Source: Macrostomum lignano (lineage: Eukaryota). Taken from it: DNA of 64,000 nucleotides. The stretch is taken from assembly GCA_002269645.1 (NCBI GenBank), contig NIVC01002056.1, positions 62,001-126,000 of the forward strand, read 5' to 3'. Positions 27,588 through 39,597 of the stretch are shown in pieces. A program made the position numbers and the translations under genes. The notes beneath the pieces were generated by a model that had not been told where the DNA came from, made no database searches, and worked only from the letters and a program-made list of their open reading frames with translations. Each line of letters starts with the position of its first letter. Within the stretch, counting starts at the first letter, position 1.

Positions 27588-29206
27588 GACTGCTAATCTA
27601 CACCTATGATTAGAATGGATTGCTAATCTGCACCTACATGATTAGATGTATTGCTAATCTACACCTATATGATTAGTTGGATTGCTAATCTACACCTATA
27701 TGATTAGTTGGATTGCTAATCTACACCTATATGATTAGATGGATTGCTGATCTGCACCTATGTGATTAGATGTATTGCTAATCTACACCTATATGATTAG
27801 TTGGATTGCTAATCTACACCTATATGATTAGAATGGATTGCTAATCTACACCTATATGATTATAATGGATTGCTAATCTACACCTATGATTATAATGGAT
27901 TGCTAATCTACACCTATGATTAGAATGGATTGCTAATCTACACCTATATGATTAGAATGGATTGCTAATCTACAACTAATGATTATAATGGATTGCTAAT
28001 CTACAACTAATGATTAGAATGGATTGCTAATCTACAACTAATGATTATAATGGATTGCTAATCTACAACTAATGATTATAATGGATTGCTAATCTACACC
28101 TATGATTAGAATGGATTGCTAATCTACACCTATGATTAGAATGGATTGCTAATCTACAACTAATGATTATAATGGATTGCTAATCTACAACTAATGATTA
28201 GAATGGATTGCTAATCTACAACTAATGATTATAATGGATTGCTAATCTACAACTAATGATTAGAATGGATTGCTAATCTACAACTAATGATTAGAATGGA
28301 TTGCTAATCTACAACTAATGATTAGAATGGATTGCTAATCTACACCTATATGATTAGAATGGATTGCTAATCTACAACTAATGATTATAATGGATTGCTA
28401 ATCTACACCTATGATTATAATGGATTGCTAATCTACAACTAATGATTAGAATGGATTGCTAATCTACACCTATGATTATAATGGATTGCTAATCTACACC
28501 TATGATTAGAATGGATTGCTAATCTACACCTATATGATTAGAATGGATTGCTAATCTACACCTATGATTATAATGGATTGCTAATCTACACCTATATGAT
28601 TAGAATGGATTGCTAATCTACACCTATGATTATAATGGATTGCTAATCTACAACTAATGATTATAATGGATTGCTAATCTACAACTAATGATTAGAATGG
28701 ATTGCTAATCTACAACTAATGATTATAATGGATTGCTAATCTACAACTAATGATTATAATGGATTGCTAATCTACAACTAATGATTATAATGGATTGCTA
28801 ATCTACACCTATGATTAGAATGGATTGCTAATCTACACCTATGATTAGAATGGATTGCTAATCTACAACTAATGATTATAATGGATTGCTAATCTACAAC
28901 TAATGATTAGAATGGATTGCTAATCTACAACTAATGATTAGAATGGATTGCTAATCTACAACTAATGATTAGAATGGATTGCTAATCTACACCTATATGA
29001 TTAGAATGGATTGCTAATCTACAACTAATGATTATAATGGATTGCTAATCTACACCTATGATTATAATGGATTGCTAATCTACACCTATGATTATAATGG
29101 ATTGCTAATCTACACCTATGATTATAATGGATTGCTAATCTACACCTATATGATTAGAATGGATTGCTAATCTACACCTAAGATGAGATGGATTGCTAAT
29201 CTACAC
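27588..29206. repeat. 30-32-bp minisatellite (GATTAGAATGGATTGCTAATCTACACCTAT), about 52 copies
   Basis: Direct observation; many units contain the GATTAG/CTAATC inverted hexamer. Confidence 0.95.
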
Positions 29207-29758
29207 TACGAACAAATACATGTACATGTATACTGGATTATAGATACATTACTAAAGTTGCCATAACTACCAAGATAAGTAAATGAGACTTACCACACAA
29301 AATGATAAAACACTGACAGGCCTTCGCCAATAACTGGCAGAAATTTTTTAAAGCTCGCCCAGAGATACCGCTGCTCGAGTTCGCCGCACTTTTTAAGCAA
29401 TCTCGCAACCAATGCTGTCCAATGGCGTGGGAAGCCCAGAGGTCGATAAGAAGGTATAGAGAGTGACTGTGAACGTACGGCTTGCCTCACAGCTCAACCT
29501 GATAAGAAATGCTTGTTGCTATTTTTGGTTAATCTTTAAAAAAGCAGTTTAGCCCAAATAGACTTAAGCTGCGATGCGATACCCTCCTGAGCATGACTTT
29601 TGCAGTCATATTATTTTGAGAAAATGCATTCATAAGAATTGTACTTTAACTCCTTGCCTTTGCTGTACCAATTATAAATTCATGCATATGAGTCATTGCG
29701 CCTGTCTTGGATCATGCTCACTCAATTTATAGTTGTACAGGGGTTACAAAATAAATCA

Positions 29759-30227
29759 ATAGTGACAAAACTGAAATCAAGAGTGACAAAACTGACATCA
29801 AGAGTGACAAAATGACATCAAGAGTGACAAAACTGGCATCAAGAGTGACAAAACTGACATCAAGAGAAACAAAAATGTCATCAAGAGTGACAAAACTGAC
29901 ATCAAGAGTGACAAAATGACATCAAGAGTGACAAAATGACATCAAGAGTGACAAAACTGGCATCAAGAGTGACAAAACTGACATCAAGAGAAACAAAAAT
30001 GTCATCAAGAGTGACAAAACTGACATCAAGAGTGACAAAATGACATCAAGAGTGACAAAACTGGCATCAAGAGTGACAAAACTGACATCAAGAGTGACAA
30101 AATGACATCAAGAGTGACAAAATGCCATCAAGAGTGACAAAACTGACATCAAGAGTGACAAAATGACATCAAGAGTGACAAAATGACATCAAGAGTGACA
30201 AAACTGGCATCAAGAGTGACAAAACTG
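29759..30227. repeat. 20-21-bp minisatellite (AAAACTGACATCAAGAGTGAC), left block
   Basis: Direct observation. Confidence 0.93.
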
Positions 30228-30632
30228 TAACAGGTCGTTTATCGGTAGTCTCTGAAGGCCTCTCATGCCAACCACCTTACACGCCTGCTACCCGTCTGCC
30301 ACGACAGGCAGAAACTTCGAAGAACTCAGACAAGTCCTTTTCTTAGGTTTGAGCTCAAACTTTACTGAACTCGGCGGTGGAAAACCTCGGCTCTTCGAAT
30401 TGCATTGTATTTATAATGCTCGACATTGTGCTCGGGGGCAGTGTTGGGGTGGTGGCGTGATATTTTTCCGCCCCACCCATCTTATTTGCTTTTTTTGCAT
30501 AGTTAGCTAGCTAGATACACAGAGGGCACGCATGGTCTGCATGGCTGTTTTAGTGTAGGCAAATGGGTGGGTCTAACATTAAAAATCTATGATAAGTTTG
30601 TAATAGCATGTCAGCGTTTTGAACGCTGATAA

Positions 30633-30790
30633 AAACTGACATCAAGAGTGACAAAACTGACATCAAGAGTGACAAAACTGACATCAAGAGTGACAAAACT
30701 GGCATCAAGAGTGACAAAAATGGCACCAAGAGTGGCACAACTGGCATCAAGAGTGACAAAACTGGCATCAAGAGTGACAAAAATGGCATC
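30633..30790. repeat. Same 21-bp minisatellite, right block
   Basis: Same unit resumes after about 400 bp of unique sequence. Confidence 0.9.
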
Positions 30791-31049
30791 AATGTGACAA
30801 AACAAATATTTGATCAATGTAACTTTATTTGATGACAATCTGGCATGACAAGTGTGCATCTAGTGCTTCTTCGATAAATGAGAAGTTTACTACTATGAGT
30901 GGCCACAGGATGCTGCTACTCAGAAAAAATTTTGCAATGACACAAATCGTTAAATTGCGAAAAGGAGCAATAATTTTTTGTGAAAATTATAATTTAATTT
31001 TTTCACTATTATATTGCACAATTTAAGATACTAATAAAAAGCACTCTAC

Positions 31050-31612
31050 CAACCACCCCACTCCGCTAACCACTCCACTCCGTCATAAACCATACTCTGC
31101 CAAACACCTCACTCCGTCAAACACCCCACTCCGTCAAACACCCCACTCCGTCAAACACCCCACTCCGTCAAACACCCCACTCCGCCAAACACCCCACTCT
31201 GCCAAACACCTCACTCCGTCAAACACCCCACTCCGCTAACCACTCCACTCCGTCATAAACCATACTCTGCCAAACACCTCACTCCGTCAAACACCCCACT
31301 CCGTCAAACACCCCACTCCGCCAAACACCCCACTCCGCCAAACACCCCACTCCGCCAAACACCCCACTCTGCCAAACACCTCACTCCGTCAAACACCCCA
31401 CTCCGCCAAACACCCCACTCCGCCAAACACCCCACTCTGCCAAACACCTCACTCCGTCAAACACCCCACTCCGCCAAACACCCCACTCTGCCAAACACCT
31501 CACTCCGTCAAACACCCCACTCCGCCAAACACCCCACTCCGCCAAACACCCCACTCTGCCAAACACCTCACTCCGTCAAACACCCCACTCCGCCAAACAC
31601 CCCACTCCGCCA
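31050..31612. repeat. 17-bp minisatellite (AAACACCCCACTCCG[T/C]C)
   Basis: Direct observation. Confidence 0.93.
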
Positions 31613-31721
31613 GTCTTACTTTACTCTAACGAAACAAGTAAAGTAAAACAACTAAAATCACATAACTCTAAGACCAAAGATTCTTTAGAGTCTGCGAGCT
31701 GCACCCCCACCTGCAGCTCAA

Positions 31722-31870
31722 CTGCGTCGGCTTGAAAGCAATCGAGTCAAAAGTCAGTCTTGCTGGTGTTGATGAGGCTGTCTCGAAGGTCGATCGCTTC
31801 GCCGGGCACCAAGCCTCGTTTTTCCAGGTGCAGGCGCACCTGAATCCTGCCTGAATCCTGAAGTACAGCT
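31722..31870 (-). pseudogene. Alpha-arrestin exon-3 remnant (copy F)
   Basis: Minus strand reads IQVRLHLEKRGLVPGEAIDLRDSLINTSKTDF, then a 1-nt shift to DSIAFKPTQ. This aligns with VRVSIELDKKGFVPGESVRIGGELVNTSSVDLDSVSLELYQ of copy A. Confidence 0.7.
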
Positions 31871-34243
31871 GGAATTGCCCAAATTTCAAATGGAAACGAG
31901 AATTAATTCGCTCCAACCCAACCCTGAGGAGAGATAAAGGATTAGATCGATGCATACTGTACAAACGCGATCATGCGTACATTTTCAAGGCCAAGTGGTG
32001 AACACTTTTACGCCTGTCCTTCTTATGGCTACGTTCAAAGGAGTATATTACTGTACGGGTATATGGATATCTGCGTGCACTTTTTCTATGGGTGAACGAG
32101 TGCCCGCAGGGGTTGACCTTGTATGAAAAGAATGCAGACGAAGTACACAAATTGAACTCAATTGCACTTTTTCAGCACTCGCATTGTTATGCTCTACATC
32201 TTTATGACTCCTTTACATGTACTTTACTGTACATGTAGGCTAGTATAGAAAGCACTGACTGAGTAGTCTATGCGCTGGGTGAGGAGTGCTCTTACAAGTT
32301 TAGCTACATGTACAGTAACTTCCTCAGCAGAATCTTGCATTGTTTTCTATTGTTTTATATTGTTTTCTAGAACAATTATTGGAAGTACATGTACCGGTAT
32401 TTCATCAAATTTTAAAGCTGGCTTCATACATGTAGTTGTGTTTCATGATGCAGAGGCGTATTGAGAAAATTTAATATAGTTGGAGCTGGGGCCTCAATCC
32501 AAGAGAGACAAATATAATTATATTTCGGTGTCTTGGTTGGTTCCGGCCAGCTCTTGGTTGGCGCCCCCTCAGCTGTATCTTAATAGGCGCCCTGTCTTTT
32601 GGTGGGCGCCCCGTCTCTTAGTAGGTACCACAGTGGTATATCACACAGAATGTTCATTCGCCTAATTAAAAACTATGAACGAATTAAAACGCCACGACCC
32701 ACTCTTGGGTTGAAGAAAGCAAGTAGCACAAACCATATAGACACTGCAAAAGTAGCTTACATGTATATTTGCTCAATGTTTATTCGTTCATCGCTTGTAT
32801 AGTTTGACACTGCTGAGTAAAACAGTAAGATATAGGAGCCATGTGGCACAGTCGACCAAATGAGAAAGTGCTACGTCATGTACTTCAGGACGAGGATAGA
32901 GGCGCGAGAGGGTGTGCCAAGTGGAGCAACGCTTTGATAAATTTATACGAGTGCGCGTATAGCTAGTATTATTAAATGAATAGTTTATTTTTGTAGATTA
33001 GAAATATATTTACAGCAAGCCATTTAAGCATACTTTTTTACTAGTATACATATATTCTTAATATTCATTACATTAGCGTTAAAACAAATAATTGCACATT
33101 GTTACTTTTCAAAAAAGCAATAAATACTTATGGAACATTTGTGACGATAAATTTGAAATTGTTTGCGGCAAGGTATCGGGACGGGTATAATAATTCAACA
33201 TTTAATTTTACAAGTTTTATATTAGTTACGCGACGCTTACCATTGTATTATATTTTATTACGCTCATATATTACAGTGGCTATAACACTTTAAGAAAACT
33301 AAGACTTAATTGTCTTAATAGTTATATGTGCATTACGCTCGTATAACTAAGTGCCTAACAAAAGACAATAACTATATAATAAAAGGGTTTGTAAATAGTT
33401 TTAGTATTGTAACAAAACTTACATTAAAACAAAGAAAAGTCCATTTAATTTTTATAGCAATGTATGAAATAAAACTATTTGAGTAGCTTAAAAATGTCAC
33501 ACAGTTAAAAAGAGACAAGAGACAGAAGCCTTTACATGGAAATTCGCGAATTTATCGAAGTCTCATATGCAAATTGTATATAATCATTTCATAAATTTGA
33601 GTTTTTGTCTTCCAAGTTTAGTTGAAAGTGGTGCGCTAATTTTTTAGTCGCCCAGCTTCTTGTTAATGGCTGCAATGAATATTTCAGTCGGATTACATAT
33701 AAAATTCATCCGATTGCACAAAACCAAGAAATACCAAAATCTACAGATATCAGCTGGTACGAGTCTCAACAATAAAACAGAGATAAAGCACTATCCCAAG
33801 CTGTCCTGACTATAAAGCTGATTAAAATATCCCCATAGCCAACTCACAATATTATAAACGCATCGACTCACGATCGTGTACAATCGTAAGTCCTTAACGA
33901 TTTTCAAGCGTTTAAAGTTATTGTGTGCCTTAAAAATAACAGATTTGTTATAGTTTCATATAAAACTTGCTTCTTGCACCAAGCATTACAAGATCAACTA
34001 TCATTATAGTAAATATTCTACAAAGCTCTTTCAAACTTTTTTCATCTTGTCAGTTTAACCAGTAAACTACAAAATATAATAGGGACAAAATATATTTTAA
34101 GTTTTTATGCACTTTTCCTTTAAATTTTAAGTAGGAATTTCCTTGACAAGATCGAGATCGAATATTTATATGCTTTTGTGGTGATTGCTCTCGTGTCCAA
34201 ATCCAACCAATTCACTTGTTTCATGGATTAAAGAAACAAAAAA

Positions 34244-37141
34244 TTAATGTATATAATTACCTTCAGCCAGCGGAATAAAAGCGTTAATGTCCACGGGCCA
34301 TTGCTGGCCGATGGGCACGGTGCCAATGATCAGCTCGCACAGGTCCTTTTTCACAATAGTAAGAGTTCCTGCTGCTCGAAGCTGTGGCGTTGATTGGTTG
34401 GTAGCATGATTGATCGATGGATTGTTAAATAATTATTGATTGATTAATTAATCGATTGTGTTAATGGAATGATTTTTAGTTGGCTTATTTATTTTAGTGC
34501 CTGCATGATTGATTTTAGAGTTCATGGCTTGACAGTACAAAGCAAAGTTAACAAAGACTCACTCTGAAAAAGTGGTTCAGGGTTATGTTGGTGCAGCCTT
34601 GCAGGTAGCTGCAGTTGACACCCCGCACCGGAAGCAGGTGGCTCAGCTGCATAGTCTGACCGGAAGCTAGCGGCGGCAAGCGCACAGTTGACGCTATCCG
34701 CCACCTTTGGCGACTTTTTCCACTTCCTTGGAATTCGCACAGCTTTCGATGATAAAATTGAAATTAAAACTGAATTAAATACGGCCCACAATACACCAAC
34801 TCAATCGCAATAAAACTAACTCCACAGCTCTCTAACCCCACTGCAATAAAACTCTACAGCACACCAACCCCATTGCGATAAAACTCCACAGCTAACCAAC
34901 CCCACTGCAATAAAATTCCACAACTCGCCAACCCCACTGCAATAAAATTCCACAACTCGCCAACCCCACTGCAATAAAATTCCACAGCTCGCCAACCCCA
35001 CTGCAATAAAATTCCACAACTCGCCAACCCCATTGCAATAAAATTCCACAGCTCGCCAACCCCACTGCAATAAAACTCCACAGCTAACCAACCCTATTGC
35101 AATAAAATTCCACAACTCGCCAACCCCATTGCAATAAAATTCCACAGCTCGCCAACCCCACTGCAATAAAACTCCACAGCTAACCAACCCCAGTGCAATA
35201 AAATTCCACAACTCGCCAACCCCATTGCGATAAACTTCACAACTCGCCAACCCCATTGCAATAAAACTCCACAGCCCGTATATTTTTTCTAGAACCAACG
35301 CAAGAAAGTCTAAGGCAAAACATTTACCTCCGCAATTTCCATGGTAACCAAACTGAAGTCCACACTGCCTGCATTGCGTAGCTCCCCAGTAACTTGGATC
35401 TGCTCGCCAACGGCGAATCCGCGCTTGTTTAGTCGGACTCGAACCTCAGCTTTGCCCATGCCTCGATTAAGAAAAGCGCTACAGGAGACTCTGGTGCGCT
35501 CCTGACTCTCGGATTCGTAGGGAGCAATCAACGATGGCGCAATCACGTTCAAGTCCAAGTCGCGAATTATGATTATCCTTTTAAAGAATCTCTCGTCGAC
35601 GTCTGCTGTGCGTCGCATTTTTGCTTTGATCGAGTAGAAAACATTGTTTTGCGAGTCGTACACGAAGCTGGCAGCGATGTTAGCGGGCAGGTCGACAGAC
35701 AATGGGTAGAAATATTCTCCGGGTGGATGAAAACTCTGACTTGCATCCGGAGGAGCTAAACGTTGCGAATGGAATATTTTCATATGGTGAGGTGACAGGA
35801 CACTACAGTTACAAAAAGACACTACAGTGACAGAGGGACACTACGGTGACAGAGGGACACTACTGTGACAGAGGGACACTACTGTGACAGATGGACACTA
35901 CGGTGACAGAGGGACACTACTGTGACAGAGGGACACTACTGTGACAGAGGGCCACTACTGTGACAGAGGGACACCACTGTGACAGAGGTGACAGATGGAC
36001 ACTACGGTGATATAGGGACACTACTGTGACAGAGGGACACTACTGTGACAGAGGGACACTACTGTGACAGAGGGACACCACTGTGACAGAGGTGACAGAT
36101 GGACACTACGGTGATATAGGGACACTACTGTGACAGATGGACACTACTGTGACAGAGGGACACTACTGTGACAGAGGGACACTACTGTGACAGAGGGACA
36201 CCACTGTGACAGAGGTGACATATGGACACTACGGTGATATAGGGACACTACTGTGACAGATGGACACTACTGTGACAGAGGGACACTACTGTGACAGAGG
36301 GACACTACTGTGACAGAGGGACACCACTGTGACAGAGGTGACAGATGGACACTACGGTGATATAGGGACACTACTGTGACAGATGGACACTACTGTGACA
36401 GAGGGACACTACTGTGACAGAGGGACACTACTGTGACAGAGGGACACCACTGTGACAGAGGTGACATATGGACACTACGGTAACAGAGGGACGCTACTGG
36501 GACAGATAGGCACTAATTTTGTAAAAAAAACAATGTCAATGAGAAAGGATGACTAAGGCACCACAGCTGAGCAAAAATATTCTCACCAAATACAGGCAGC
36601 TGCAATTCCATCATGGTTTCAGTCGATGAGTATTTAGATCTTCCCTTGCTCCAGTAGACTTTGGACTTGCCCTTAATTTTCACGACAATATCTGCAAGTG
36701 CAAAAGGGTTTTGAGCAACCAACTAAAGGTACTAATTTTGGTTTATATTTGTGAAAGTAAACTGAAAGATATATTATTCCTCAAATCATAACAAGACAGT
36801 CACTAAGAAGACATTTCTGAGTGCTGGCAACAGGTCTCCGAGGTTCCGTTACAGATGTCCACTGTCCCAAAGAATACTCTAACTCAGGGCGGTCCTTGGA
36901 AACTTCACAATAGCAATCCGCCCGCTCAATGTTTACATCTCTTCCCACCGCTCTTCTTTCTAATCTTCTCTCTCCTCTCTCCTCTCTTCTCTTCTATTCC
37001 CAGTGACTCACTTTCGCACTCGGTAGGCTGCTGGCAATAAACCCTGACTTTGAGTTGAACTGTCTGACCAGCTCGATAGATGGCGTGCGGATTCGAGTTG
37101 GCATCGTCGAAAATAATTTGCAGAATTTCTGATTCGCTCAT
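34244..37141 (-). CDS. Alpha-arrestin (ARRDC-like) copy C, divergent, no PPxY tail found
   Basis: Exons 37141-37012, 36691-36587, 35755-35328, 34742-34563, 34381-34261. GT-AG and open in phase (exon 4 is 180 nt as in paralogs). Motifs FDDANSNPHAIYRAGQ, HPPGEYFYP, RDLDLN, KRGFAVGE, HLLPV, CELIIGTVP. 3' end uncertain: read-through to TAA at 34244, or a 46-nt intron to an acceptor at 34214. Confidence 0.82.
34800..35275. repeat. 32-bp minisatellite in arrestin C intron 3
   Basis: Unit CCAACCCCACTGCAATAAAATTCCACAACTCG. Confidence 0.93.
35792..36515. repeat. 19-bp minisatellite (AGAGGGACACTACTGTGAC) with higher-order blocks, arrestin C intron 2
   Basis: Direct observation. Confidence 0.93.
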
Positions 37142-37378
37142 AGCCTCTGCTGTTAGAAGGAAAATTGCTCCGACTGAAATCGTGCTCGGTGAGACTATAG
37201 AAATTTCTGACAAAACTTATTATTAGTGCTGGGAGGGAGTCGGGACATGCAGGTGGACAGTGAGGAATATATTACAAGGTTTATGCAGGGGACAGCGTAC
37301 GCTGTGCTGTACACTTCCCTGGAGAAATTGGGATATGAAAAACAGTGTACAAGCTGGAAATGTATACGAGCCATGTAG

Positions 37379-38109
37379 CAGGGGCGGCTGGCCCAGATTG
37401 TACAATAAGGAGGAATCTTGTGGGAGCGGCAGCACTGTACAGTGCAGAAGTTTCTCGGGGTTAAGAAAGATGTCGGTGTTAACGGCTATGCAACTACCCG
37501 GTAATTGCCGGTAATATGCAACTAAGGGATAAATAGATTTATTTTATTTTTAAACAATAGCTAAGCCTTAATTTAAGCAAGTTTAAGTGTGAAACGAAAC
37601 GGTCTTTGAAACGTTCAAACGGTAAATAAACATTAAATAAAACGAAGCAAAAGATGGAAAGAGGAGTAGACTCTATAAAGCCTTCCCCATATAGCGCTGG
37701 ATCTTTTAAGATGCAATTTTAATCGCGAACTTGACTTCAACAAAAATGCCTACATTTCTCTTGGCATGTAAGCTGCAGGACAGAAAAAATCAAATTTTCA
37801 GCTTTTTAAATCACAAATTTCAGAGCCATGCGTACAGCTATAGCTATTTAAATCTAGGGGGTAGATGAGGGGGTGGAGAGGGGAGAGAGGAGAGAAGTGA
37901 GAGGAGAGGGAAGAGGAGAGGGGAGGGGAGAGGAAAGAGAGTAGAGAGGAGAGAAGAGGAAGGAGAGAGGAGAGGAGAGGGGACAGAAGGAAGAAGAGAG
38001 AGAAAGCTGAAAAGAGACACAAACCTTGAGCGGGTCGGATTGCTATTTTAAAGTTTCAAATTATACGAGGGCCGGATGGAGAGGCTTTGCCGGATTTTGC
38101 CGACCCCTG
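37379..38109. mobile_element. Possible hAT (Charlie-like) non-autonomous remnant containing a purine-rich tract
   Basis: Right end CCGGATTTTGCCGACCCCTG is a clear hAT-type TIR. The left end (CAGGGGCGGC...GCCCAGATTG at 37379) is degenerate and uncertain. Confidence 0.35.
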
Positions 38110-39238
38110 CCTGTTACATCGACTTTAACTTCCGGACATGAAAGTGTGGTATGGAGTTTCAGCAACTCTACACTTAATTATAGTTATTCCCCGCCGTGCT
38201 AACGATTAAAGGCTCGTGAAGCATGTCCGTGTTAATCCGGACATTGTTGCAAGGTTGGTGACAGATCATAGCATATACAATGCATGATGCAACGCACAAG
38301 TTCTAGTCGGGCTAGGTTGCTAGCTACCATTTCAAGCTGACGAGAGCGTTGGGAGCGTCGAGAGCGTCGGGTCGGTACGATTGGGCCAAGCTGCAGTGCC
38401 CGTCCACTATCCGCTGCGCCCAGCGGCGACTTCAACTGGATTCGAGATTCGAGATTCGTGGACGAGATTCGAGCCGAGGGCTACTGCCCCCTGTTCAGGA
38501 GGTCCTCCTGCTCACCTTGCAGGGCCCGTTCAGGCAGGGTCAAGTTCAAACCCGTCGATACGTGCATGGACTGCCTGCTGTGCGACGCTGGGGCGCCCGA
38601 GACTGCCAGCGGGGCGGAGCGGACCTATCGCTCTGTCGTCAGCTTTCTACTCTAATTCGGATAGTGTTAGCAGTAGGGTTAGGTCGGAATTACTTTTTAA
38701 TAATTATGGGGAGTATATTGCTGCAAAATCGTTTACTGCTGCCCGCACAACGAGAACTTCACTCAGCTGATTTTCGGCATCAACATGATGTGTGCGTCAG
38801 GGCATGACCTGCATAACCACCCACATTGTCTGCCGCGAGTTTTCAACTATCTTGCCATGAATTTTGTAAAAGAGCTGACTTTTTTACCGGAGTCGGCTTC
38901 AGAAACAACAGGCGCCAGATCGCGAAGCTTCACATTTCATCACTGCGTTCAAGCAGGAATGAGCTACATGTAGCTTCCAATTAATTGCTTGCAAAATATT
39001 TCACGGTTCATCAATTTATCATTTTTAATCCAGTTTTATCATAATATGAATTTTTTTAAATTTCTCGTCGATAACTTTAACCTTCTATATGCAGTTTGTA
39101 GTGACTGGCTGCTAGCTGGTTATTCAGCAGCATTCACTAGCTTTCCCTAAGAGTGCTGTGATCCGCTGCACAGTAGCTCAGTCCACCTGATCTAGTGAGA
39201 GAGATACCCTGTGCTGGGCCTAAGTGTTTACTGCCCGA

Positions 39239-39597
39239 TGACTCATCGCCTGAGCAGGCGCGGGCAGCCACACTCAATGTCTTCCCACTCGCGCTGAGGA
39301 GGCATAGCAGGATGACTCATCACCTGCGCGGAGTGAAATGGCTGCCTAGAGGGAAACAGGATGACTCATCCGCCCAAATTCTATTTTTAGCACAAAATAA
39401 GCACGTGACTGTGCACGCACGCTATGCGTGGCCACTGACCTTGGGTCACGCCACTGCCGCGTGACAGGGTTGCCTTATTTTGAAGTTGGCCTTGGATCAC
39501 GCGTCTCTCGCATGATTCCATTGACCAAATAAGGAAGTTTCACGCGCTCACCGCATGAAACTCACGTGACTTTTGGGTGTCCGCTCGGCTATAAATA
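39239..39597 (+). promoter_or_regulatory. Putative Pol II promoter: three TGACTCA sites, two CACGTG E-boxes, TATAAATA
   Basis: TGACTCA at 39239, 39313 and 39362; CACGTG at 39402 and 39563; TATAAATA at 39590-39597. Motifs seen directly; function inferred. Confidence 0.45.

Noticed and set aside
23338-29206. CRISPR-like regular repeats of 30-43 bp
   Set aside because: Units are contiguous with no unique spacers, in a eukaryotic context, with no cas genes.
38338-38340. In-frame TGA as selenocysteine or read-through
   Set aside because: No SECIS-like structure identified and no redox motif; a single stop is insufficient evidence.
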